Shown: in pieces, positions 17,626 to 24,491 of the stretch
How positions within the stretch are numbered: the first letter of the stretch is position 1
Layout: every line of letters begins with the position of its first letter
IMG/VR virus record: IMGVR_UViG_3300020045_016851
Location: 1 to 34,197 of that record
Length of the DNA: 34,197 bases
From: a virus
Taxonomy: Duplodnaviria; Caudoviricetes
Direction: 5' to 3' (one strand)
Made by a program: the position numbers and the translations under genes
Notes under the pieces: model-generated
What the model saw: the letters and a program-made list of their open reading frames with translations, nothing else
What the model was told of the DNA's origin: nothing
Databases searched by the model: none

Positions 17626-19571
17626 GCGCGTTTGAATTGCGGTGGTATGGCGCGGGCGGCTCCACGCTTGACGAAGTGGTCAGGCAGCAGGCGATCATCC
17701 CGGTCATTATTGGTCCGCCGGGGTCGGGTGGCAGCGGTGGCGGCGGCCTGTCGGATGGTGACAAGGGCGACATTGTCGTTTCGGGCGGCGGGACGGTGCT
17801 GGCGATCGACACGACCGTTCTGTCCGCATTCGGGCGGACGCTGACCGATGATGCCAGCGCGACCGCCGCGCGTGTGACGCTGGGTCTGGGGACGGCCGCC
17901 GTGCTGGCATCAACCGCGTTCGATGCGGCGGGCACGGCCGCCAGCGCGGTGGTGGCGCATGCCGCCGCGGGTGACCCGCACCCACAATATCTGACGGTGG
18001 CGGAAGGCGCAGCCACCTATTCGCTGGTCGGGCATACTCATGGCGTTGGCGACGTCACGGGTCTGCAAACCGCGCTGGACGGCAAGGAACCGGCGATCGT
18101 GGCCGGAACAACCGGCCAGTATCTGCGCGGTGACAAGGCATGGGTCGCGCATGACAAGGCGTCGGTCGGCCTGGGCAGCGTCGACAACATCGCATCGGTG
18201 ACCTTGCTGGCCCGCGCGAACCATAGCGGCACACAAGCCGCCGCGACGATCGTTGATTTTGCCGAGGCGGTCGACGACCGTGTCGCCGCGCTGCTGGTGG
18301 CGGGATCGAATATCACGCTGACGTATAATGATGTCGGAAATTCGCTGACGATCGCCGCAGCGGTGACCGGTGGCGGGGGTGGTACGGTCACCGATGTCAC
18401 GGGTACCGCACCGGTGGTTTCGAGCGGTGGCGCGGCACCGGCCATCTCCATGCCCCCCGCGACCGGTGCAGTCGACGGATATATGACGGCGGCAGCCATG
18501 ACCAAGCTGACGGGCATTGCGACCGGCGCGACAGCAAATGCCGCCGACGCGGCCTTGCTGGCGCGGGCGAACCATAGCGGCACACAAGCCGCCGCGACGA
18601 TCGTTGATTTTTCCGAGGCGGTCGACGACCGGGTCGGGTCGCTGCTGGTCGCCGGGACAAATGTCACGCTGACCTATAATGATGCCGGCAATGCGCTGAC
18701 GATCGCCGCTGCTGGTGGTGGTGGCGGCGGTGCGGCAACGTTGCTCACAATCTACGACACACCCGGTTCATTCAGCCACGCGGTCGACCCGGCGGCAATT
18801 AGCATCGACGTGATTGTGATGGGCGCGGGTGGTGGCGGCGGGTCAGGCCGAAAACGTGCGGCCGGGGTGGTGGGCTCTGGCGGGGCCGGCGGGAGCGGTG
18901 GCGCGATATCGTTCGGGTCGTTCCCGGCAGGGCTGCTGGCGACGACGGAAACAGTAACGGTTGGCGCAGGTGGCGTGGGTGCCGCCGGGCAGGCGACCAA
19001 CACAACAAACGGTCTGGCCGGGACGGCGGGAGGCCTGTCATCGTTCGGGGCGTGGCTGGCGGCCAATGGCGGGAACGGCGGTTCGCTGGGCGGGACCACT
19101 GCCGCAGCTGGTGGCGCGGCGGTGACGGCGGGTATGTTCGCCAGCGGCGCGGGCGGTGGTGGGTCGATCACCGGCAATGGTGGCGCCGGATCGCGCGCAG
19201 CGGTGGGGTCATCGGGCGGTGGCGGTGGCGGCGCGATCACGGCAGCAAACGGATTTTATCAAGGCGGCGCGGGCGGTGGTGATCCGTTTTCGACGAGTGG
19301 CACAAGCACCGCCACCGGCGGGGGCGGCACCGGTGGTCCCGGAAACACGTCGGGAAGTTCGGTCGCAGACCGTGTTCCGGGCGACCCGCGCGGTGGCGCG
19401 GGTGGTGGCGGCGGTGGGTCGAGTATTTCGGCCACATCCGGCAGCGGCGCGAACGGACAATTTCCGGGCGGCGGCGGTGGCGGCGGCGGAACCGGGACCA
19501 ATGACGTCACGGATTCTGGCGGTGGCGGCGATGGCGGCGGCGGCCAGGTCATCGTGATCGAGTATTTTTAA
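17622..19571 (+). CDS. Glycine-rich tail (side) fibre protein
   Basis: 'DGDKGDI', 'HAAAGDPHPQY', 'HTHGVGDVTGLQTALDGK', 'ARANHSGTQ' repeats, Gly-rich C-terminal domain ending 'GGGQVIVIEYF'. Confidence 0.85.
   Translation: MSAFELRWYGAGGSTLDEVVRQQAIIPVIIGPPGSGGSGGGGLSDGDKGDIVVSGGGTVLAIDTTVLSAFGRTLTDDASATAARVTLGLGTAAVLASTAFDAAGTAASAVVAHAAAGDPHPQYLTVAEGAATYSLVGHTHGVGDVTGLQTALDGKEPAIVAGTTGQYLRGDKAWVAHDKASVGLGSVDNIASVTLLARANHSGTQAAATIVDFAEAVDDRVAALLVAGSNITLTYNDVGNSLTIAAAVTGGGGGTVTDVTGTAPVVSSGGAAPAISMPPATGAVDGYMTAAAMTKLTGIATGATANAADAALLARANHSGTQAAATIVDFSEAVDDRVGSLLVAGTNVTLTYNDAGNALTIAAAGGGGGGAATLLTIYDTPGSFSHAVDPAAISIDVIVMGAGGGGGSGRKRAAGVVGSGGAGGSGGAISFGSFPAGLLATTETVTVGAGGVGAAGQATNTTNGLAGTAGGLSSFGAWLAANGGNGGSLGGTTAAAGGAAVTAGMFASGAGGGGSITGNGGAGSRAAVGSSGGGGGGAITAANGFYQGGAGGGDPFSTSGTSTATGGGGTGGPGNTSGSSVADRVPGDPRGGAGGGGGGSSISATSGSGANGQFPGGGGGGGGTGTNDVTDSGGGGDGGGGQVIVIEYF
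18202..18709 (+). repeat. Internal ~157-bp direct repeat in the fibre gene (18202-18358 / 18553-18709)
   Basis: Both copies encode LLARANHSGTQAAATIVDFxEAVDDRVxxLLVAGxNxTLTYNDxGNxLTIA; offset 351 bp. Confidence 0.9.
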
Positions 19572-19599
19572 AGTCGAGTATTTTTAAGGGAGACAGATA

Positions 19600-19905
19600 A
19601 TGCCAGCATTGATCGCAGTCCTTGTTAACAACTCCACAATGGCCGTCGAAAACATTGGTCAGGTCGGCACGCCAACGCCAGTCATCAACGGCAAGCAGTT
19701 CCTGTTTTCGTCGCAATGGGCGGCGGGGGTAGCACCAACGATCGGCATGATCTGGAACGGTGACGCGCCCGCGACGTTTGCGCCAGCGCCGATCGTCGAG
19801 CCGGAAATCCTGCCGACAAACGAAGGCGACGCGATCGAACAGATCGAGGCGCAGCTGCAGGCGGCCTTTGATGCGGTGGCGCAGCTGAAGGCGCTGCGCG
19901 GGTGA
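19600..19905 (+). CDS. Hypothetical protein (possible fibre assembly chaperone)
   Basis: RBS AAGGGAG; follows fibre gene; C-terminal coiled coil. Confidence 0.7.
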   Translation: MPALIAVLVNNSTMAVENIGQVGTPTPVINGKQFLFSSQWAAGVAPTIGMIWNGDAPATFAPAPIVEPEILPTNEGDAIEQIEAQLQAAFDAVAQLKALRG

Positions 19906-19916
19906 TCGTGGGGTGT

Positions 19917-20294
19917 TTAGTCCGCCCACTCGACCCGCACATCAAACCCCTCGTCGACCAGTTCGTTGGCCGTCCATGCGGTCAACATCGCGTGGGCGCC
20001 GAGCGGGATGCCTGACGCGTGCGGGCTAGTCGCCTGATGCTCGGGGGTGCGGTAGCGGTATAGCTCGATCACTCCACCGGCCATCCGGTCCGTCGTGAGC
20101 CGCACCACGCTGGCCACTGAGTTGGTCATCGCGTATTCAAGCCGGTCCAGTGCGGCGGGCGCGTCCGCCGGGATGGGTGATGCGCCCGACTGCCAGCGCC
20201 TGATGGTGCGATCCTGCACTCCGCAGAGGGCCGCCGCTTCGTCGACGGACAGGCCGAGGTAGCGGCGGCGCGTGTCGAATTCAGCGGGGGTCAT
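19917..20294 (-). CDS. aca2: Aca2/YdiL (DUF1870)-like HTH anti-CRISPR-associated regulator
   Basis: 125 aa; HTH 'RRRYLGLSVDEAAALCGVQDRTIRRWQSGASPIP' plus C-terminal 'LYRYRT' segment as in recalled Aca2; directly downstream of an Acr-like gene. Confidence 0.75.
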   Translation of the reverse strand: MTPAEFDTRRRYLGLSVDEAAALCGVQDRTIRRWQSGASPIPADAPAALDRLEYAMTNSVASVVRLTTDRMAGGVIELYRYRTPEHQATSPHASGIPLGAHAMLTAWTANELVDEGFDVRVEWAD

Positions 20295-20323
20295 CGGCGG
20301 GTTTTTGCGTTGGCGCGAACAAA

Positions 20324-20518
20324 TCACCAGGCCGCACCAGACCACGGCGCGAAATCCTCGCCAAACTTGGCAAAGTGCTTGTCGGCATAAGTCTGCAAAA
20401 ACAACTGCTCGCTATCGATTCCAGCGGCGTTGAGCATCTCGCGGATTTCGTCGTCCATCAGCACCGCTGCGGCGTCGAAATCAATTTCCTGGCCTGCCTG
20501 GTTAAGTACTTTGGTCAT
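20324..20518 (-). CDS. acrIC5: AcrIC5-like anti-CRISPR protein
   Basis: 64 aa, 12 D/E vs 4 K/R; 'GQEIDFDAAAVLMDDEIRE...FLQTY...H.AKFGEDF' aligns with recalled AcrIC5 'GQQIDFDAAVNLMDAELRE...FLDAY...HAAKFDGEEF'; GGAG RBS. Confidence 0.85.
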   Translation of the reverse strand: MTKVLNQAGQEIDFDAAAVLMDDEIREMLNAAGIDSEQLFLQTYADKHFAKFGEDFAPWSGAAW

Positions 20519-20567
20519 TTATCGTCTCCAGTGGAGGTCGGCTTGCCCTGTTGCCCGCCGATGACCC

Positions 20568-20596
20568 CTTCTATGTCCGGGTTGCGGACATGCCAA
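20568..20596 (-). promoter_or_regulatory. acr-aca promoter with operator palindrome in the spacer
   Basis: Minus strand TTGGCA-17 bp-TAGAAG; palindrome ATGTCCG-N5-CGGACAT (20573-20591) fills the spacer. Confidence 0.75.
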
Positions 20597-20648
20597 ATGT
20601 TATTTTCAAAACCCGCAAACCTGCTCTGCCATCCCGCTGTGCGCGCGG

Positions 20649-20861
20649 TCATCGGCCGTTGCTTTTAGGTTGTGGCGGGACAGTATAAATCACGTCGAAG
20701 AACCACAAGGTGTGGAACAGGGCGATGCACATCGCCCATGTGAGGGCCACCTGCCGGTGGCTGGTCCAGTTGCGAACGTCGGGGTCGCCGACGACCCATG
20801 CACCAATCATGTACACGCTGATTTCGATGGCAATCAGGACCGCGATTTGGTGCAGTTTCAT
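20649..20861 (-). CDS. Hypothetical two-TM membrane protein
   Basis: Two hydrophobic helices; GGAGG upstream; ATGA coupling. Confidence 0.65.
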   Translation of the reverse strand: MKLHQIAVLIAIEISVYMIGAWVVGDPDVRNWTSHRQVALTWAMCIALFHTLWFFDVIYTVPPQPKSNGR

Positions 20862-21067
20862 TTTCTTCGGTCCTCCAGCCAAGCGCGAATGAGTTCGTAC
20901 AGCCAGTCGAGAATGAAGCCTGTCAGAATGCAGGCGATTACTGTTGGAGCTATATTCCAGATCATGGCGTCGATGACTTCGGGGGGGTAGGGGTCATAAG
21001 CAACGCCCAGAGGGCGCGGGGCTGTCATCCGCGCAAGGCTGCGCTCGAAGTCCGTCATGTTATTCAT
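20858..21067 (-). CDS. Hypothetical membrane protein
   Basis: One TM 'IAPTVIACILTGFILDWLY'; overlap-coupled chain. Confidence 0.6.
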   Translation of the reverse strand: MNNMTDFERSLARMTAPRPLGVAYDPYPPEVIDAMIWNIAPTVIACILTGFILDWLYELIRAWLEDRRK

Positions 21068-21245
21068 TCGTCAGCCTCGCTGCCGCGAGAAGTGCGCAGG
21101 CGGCGCGAAAATCGCCGACGTTGATCCACATTTGAGCGGCGTCTTCACCACCCATGCCGGCATCCCAGCCTTGCCGCGTGGCGTCGCCAATCAAGGCATC
21201 AAGGATGCGGAGCAGATCCGCGATCTTGCTTTGCGTATCCATCAT
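21060..21245 (-). CDS. Hypothetical protein
   Basis: Overlap-coupled to both neighbours. Confidence 0.6.
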   Translation of the reverse strand: MMDTQSKIADLLRILDALIGDATRQGWDAGMGGEDAAQMWINVGDFRAACALLAAARLTNE

Positions 21246-21484
21246 TGATTCCCCAGTTGGGCTGGGTCGACGGGGCCGAACGCGGCGCCGCAGGGGTGCG
21301 CCGGATCGACGGGGCCGTAATCGTCTTCGTCGCGCCAGTCCGGTTCAAGGCGCGGGTCGCGTTGGTAGCGGCCGTTGGAATCATTTTCGAGCAGGTCCTT
21401 GATGATCCGGGACAGCAGCACAGCAATCCCGACTGCGCCGAGAGTCAGCGCGGTTAACCCGCAAAGCACCAATTTTAATGTCAT
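21242..21484 (-). CDS. Hypothetical protein with N-terminal TM helix
   Basis: Hydrophobic N-terminus, acidic C-terminus; GGTG RBS-like sequence; ATGA coupling. Confidence 0.6.
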   Translation of the reverse strand: MTLKLVLCGLTALTLGAVGIAVLLSRIIKDLLENDSNGRYQRDPRLEPDWRDEDDYGPVDPAHPCGAAFGPVDPAQLGNQ

Positions 21485-21547
21485 CTCACCACCCCATGGT
21501 CATGGTCCACCTTGTGATTTTTGTTCGGTGTGTTCATGGCCATGGCC

Positions 21548-21811
21548 CCGCCGTTCTCGTTTGCGTTTTTGGTAACGAGAATGGCGGCGGTACAAGATGT
21601 ACCACTTGGGTCAACGCAGACACGGAAATTCGCGGCATAAGTGGCGAAAATGCGCGATCAAAATTGAAAATGTTGTTGGATTTGAGAGGCGGCGTCTCGT
21701 TTACACCGAGAATGTCGCAAGTTCGAGTCTTGCATCGCCCACCAGTATTTCCGCCGTTTTTTCGGGATTTCCCGCATTTTCCGAGAACGGCGGGTGGTAC
21801 GAATGTACCAC
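21548..21811. other. attP region with hairpins and duplicated arm-like sites
   Basis: Non-coding gap next to the int stop; ~30-bp direct repeats at 21576-21605 and 21782-21811 flank a tRNA-derived core. Confidence 0.8.
21692..21744 (+). tRNA. 3' fragment of tRNA-Val(TAC), the att core; not a complete tRNA
   Basis: Anticodon arm TCTCG-TTTACAC-CGAGA, T arm GCAAG-TTCGAGT-CTTGC, 3' acceptor strand ATCGCCC-ACCA; no 5' acceptor strand or D arm. Confidence 0.88.
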
Positions 21812-22786
21812 CTACCAGTTCAGAGCCTCGCTCGCGTCCCGCATGAATGATGGCGAATACCGGGCATAAGTGTGTTCCGTGACCCGCGTCGACGTGTGGC
21901 CGAGGTACTGCGATATTTTCTGCATCGGGATGTCGGCTTCTGCCATCCATACCCCGGCGGTATGGCGGAAAATATGGGGTGAACATGGCACATTTGCCCG
22001 TCGTGCGGCGCTGTTGACCGCCTTCCCGACGTTTTTGATCGCCGCGCCCGCGTACTCGATCACATTGTCCGTCAGCGCTGCTGTGCAAGCCTCTGCCAGC
22101 GCCGCCATGGCCCGTGCGGTGATGGGCACGACTGGGCGGCGCTTGTTCGTCTCGTGCCGCCCGCCCGCTTTCAGGTTGATGAAGCCGCTGTCCATATCGA
22201 CCTGACTCCATTGTAATTCGAGCAGCGCGGACATGCGCGCGCCGGTGGTCACGGCGAGAATGATGAACAGCCGAACATGTGGTGCTTCGACATGCTCTAG
22301 CAACCGGGTCAGCTCGTCGCGCGTCAGATAGCGGTCGCGCGGCGGCGATGCCGGCGGTAGCCACAGCATTGGAGCGTCTGCCTTGCCGAACGCGAAACGC
22401 AAACAGGCGCGCAGCAATTCCATTTCCGTCCGGATTGTGCTGTCCGACCGGCCTTGCCGTTTCCGGATGTCGTAATGGGCATGGCAGTCCGTTCGGGTGA
22501 TGACCCGGCCGAGGCGATGGCCAAAGGATGGCTTCAGCGCGCGCCAGGTCGATCCGGCTGAGTCGACCGTCACCCCGTTTGCCTTGCGATCCGCAATATA
22601 AGCGGGCCATAAATCCTCTACCCGGTCACTGACGGGTGCGGTGCGCGCGCGCCAGATGTCACGAGCGCGAGCTTCTGCGAGCCCTCGGTCATCCGTGCCA
22701 AGCGCGACGCGAACGCGCTGGCCTCGGTCGCCTGTATAAGCGAGGGCGAATCCACCTCTGTGGATGGCAATGCGATAGTCAGGCAT
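21812..22786 (-). CDS. int: Tyrosine integrase
   Basis: 'TTGARMSAL', 'PHIFRHT', 'YLGHTS', 'TYARY' catalytic motifs; adjacent att core. Confidence 0.95.
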   Translation of the reverse strand: MPDYRIAIHRGGFALAYTGDRGQRVRVALGTDDRGLAEARARDIWRARTAPVSDRVEDLWPAYIADRKANGVTVDSAGSTWRALKPSFGHRLGRVITRTDCHAHYDIRKRQGRSDSTIRTEMELLRACLRFAFGKADAPMLWLPPASPPRDRYLTRDELTRLLEHVEAPHVRLFIILAVTTGARMSALLELQWSQVDMDSGFINLKAGGRHETNKRRPVVPITARAMAALAEACTAALTDNVIEYAGAAIKNVGKAVNSAARRANVPCSPHIFRHTAGVWMAEADIPMQKISQYLGHTSTRVTEHTYARYSPSFMRDASEALNW

Positions 22787-22938
22787 TCGACGCGATCGAC
22801 CTCCGTGGCGGGTATGCGGATCAATTTGCCGAGCCTGAACCCGGCGATGCTTCCGCCCTTGTACATGCGCCGAATTTTCTCGGCACTGCAACCCCAGCGC
22901 TCGGCCAGAGTCTCGGGTGAAAATGGGCGATTGATCAT
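22618..22938 (-). CDS. xis: Excisionase (HTH)
   Basis: 'FSPETLAERWGCSAEKIRRM...GFRLGKLIRIP'; upstream of and overlapping int. Confidence 0.82.
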   Translation of the reverse strand: MINRPFSPETLAERWGCSAEKIRRMYKGGSIAGFRLGKLIRIPATEVDRVECLTIALPSTEVDSPSLIQATEASAFASRLARMTEGSQKLALVTSGARAPHPSVTG

Positions 22939-23528
22939 TTCGCTGACTCCTTGAGCAGTTCGATCAGGTCTGCGCGTTGAAGTGCTCGCTCTTCGGCGGC
23001 GGCGGCGTCGGCGAGGGAAGCGGTGGCGTAGGCTGCGTCGGCGAGGGAAGCGGTGGCGTAGGCTGCGGCGTAGACGGCGGCGGAGGCTGCGGTGGCGGCG
23101 TCGGTGGCTGCGTTGGCGGCGGCTGTGGCGGCGTAGACGGCGTCGGCGTAGGCGTGGGCGTGGGCGTAGGCGAGGGCGCGGGCGTGGGCGTCGGCGTAGG
23201 CGTGGGCGTGGGCGAGGGCGCGGGCGCGGGCGTCGGCGTAGGCGTGGGCGTGGGCGAGGGCGCGGGCGCGGGCGCGGGCGGTGGCGTAGGCTGCGGTGGC
23301 GGTGGCGTTGGCGGCGTAGCCTGTCGCTCGTCTAGCGCATCGGTTCGCGAAGGTGCCGAGGGCGTCACGGAGTTGGAGCTGTCCAGCGACCCAGAGGATG
23401 TTGCTGATGGGGAAACCGGCGTCGAAGGCTTCGGCGACGTCGAGGGCGTCGGCGGTGCCGAAGCGGGCGAGGTGGGCTTTGAGGTCGCACGGATCGAGTG
23501 CGATTAGGGCGGTTTTGGTGAGTTTCAT
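22935..23528 (-). CDS. Hypothetical Ala-rich repeat protein
   Basis: Overlap-coupled at both ends; unique N- and C-termini flank AYADA/ARALAHAH repeats. Confidence 0.75.
   Translation of the reverse strand: MKLTKTALIALDPCDLKAHLARFGTADALDVAEAFDAGFPISNILWVAGQLQLRDALGTFANRCARRATGYAANATATAAYATARARARALAHAHAYADARARALAHAHAYADAHARALAYAHAHAYADAVYAATAAANAATDAATAASAAVYAAAYATASLADAAYATASLADAAAAEERALQRADLIELLKESAK
22993..23320. repeat. Low-complexity nested tandem repeats
   Basis: 30-bp GCGTCGGCGAGGGAAGCGGTGGCGTAGGCT duplication and repeated GCGTAG/GCGTGG/GCGCGG hexamers. Confidence 0.85.
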
Positions 23529-23683
23529 TTCCCGTCCTCCACATGCAGCCCCGCGCGCAGATCCTGCACGATGACCGCCGTGAACTGGCGCAGCGTGTCA
23601 GCGGCTTCGGGGTATTCAGCCGCCCATTTCGCGGCCATCGTTTCGATGTAGGCGGTTGCGGCCAGTGTTTGCTCGGTATTCAT
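23525..23683 (-). CDS. Hypothetical protein (52 aa)
   Basis: MNTEQTLAA...; AGGA RBS; ATGA overlaps. Confidence 0.65.
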   Translation of the reverse strand: MNTEQTLAATAYIETMAAKWAAEYPEAADTLRQFTAVIVQDLRAGLHVEDGK

Positions 23684-24117
23684 GCGGCGGTCCTGTGTTG
23701 TACGGGGGCAGCGAGTGCGCGCAGGGTGGTGGTGCTGGCGATGAACCATTTGGCGGCGGGGCGGACCCGGACGTCGATCGCCGCCACGGCACCGCGCCGG
23801 GCCGCGATGGCCGCATCAGCAGGCGCGCGTTCGCAGGCGCGGTCGCGGGTGGTGGTGGCCCGATCGAGCGAGGCGACAATGTCGGCCCAGCCGATGATGG
23901 ACCGCGTGGCGAGCATGTGTGGTAGGGGCGCGGCGGATTCAAACATGCTCGCCATGGCGTCCCAGCATTCGGTGTCGATCGTCGCGGCGCGGGCAGTGAT
24001 CCGGTCGCGCCGCACCAGTCCGGGGTAAAGCCGCAGGCGTTCGTCGCATTCGAACCGCGCGCCGGTGGCGAGTATTCCTGAAAAGCGGGCGTGTGGCGGG
24101 ATGGTTTGCCGTGTCAT
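23680..24117 (-). CDS. Hypothetical protein
   Basis: MTRQTIPP...; ATGA overlaps with both neighbours. Confidence 0.6.
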   Translation of the reverse strand: MTRQTIPPHARFSGILATGARFECDERLRLYPGLVRRDRITARAATIDTECWDAMASMFESAAPLPHMLATRSIIGWADIVASLDRATTTRDRACERAPADAAIAARRGAVAAIDVRVRPAAKWFIASTTTLRALAAPVQHRTAA

Positions 24118-24491
24118 GGGCAGGCCCGCCGGATGACGCGGCCATTGTCCCAGCGGGCGACGTAGCGCGCCTGTTTCCGGGCGAGTTGCCAGCAGGACAG
24201 GTTTTGCCGCCCGGCCCAGACAATCGCCACGGTCCGCCCGTACCGGTCGCGCACGATCGGTTGATAGGTGACCGGCCCGAAACGCAGCGTGGCGACCAGC
24301 GCACGGCGACTGGCAAAGGGATCGCCTGGCGCGCAGTCGCGGCCCGCGCGGCAATGACCCGGCAGTTCGGGCGCATCGATGCCGATCAATCGGATGCGTT
24401 CCCCGGCGCAGCGGATGGTGTCGCCATCAGTCACGCGGGGTGACGGGCAAGGCAGGATGGCGGCGCCGGCCGCGAGCAGCAGCGCAATCAT
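24114..24491 (-). CDS. Thermonuclease (SNase-like) with signal peptide
   Basis: 'VTDGDTI', 'RIRLIGIDAPE', 'DRYGRTVA'. Confidence 0.92.
   Translation of the reverse strand: MIALLLAAGAAILPCPSPRVTDGDTIRCAGERIRLIGIDAPELPGHCRAGRDCAPGDPFASRRALVATLRFGPVTYQPIVRDRYGRTVAIVWAGRQNLSCWQLARKQARYVARWDNGRVIRRACP

Noticed and set aside
18202-18709. Diversity-generating retroelement TR/VR pair
   Set aside because: No reverse transcriptase in the window; both copies are in one ORF and mismatches are not adenine-specific
21523-21567. Alphaproteobacterial LexA box (GTTC-N7-GTTC)
   Set aside because: GTTC pairs here are spaced by 5 nt or lack the second half-site
21670-21744. Complete phage-encoded tRNA-Val
   Set aside because: No 5' acceptor strand (GGGCGAT) or D arm upstream; it is an att core
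22964-23507. Pro/Thr-, Gly/Val- and Arg-rich ORFs in other frames
   Set aside because: By-products of the GC hexamer repeats; only the Ala-rich frame is coupled to its neighbours
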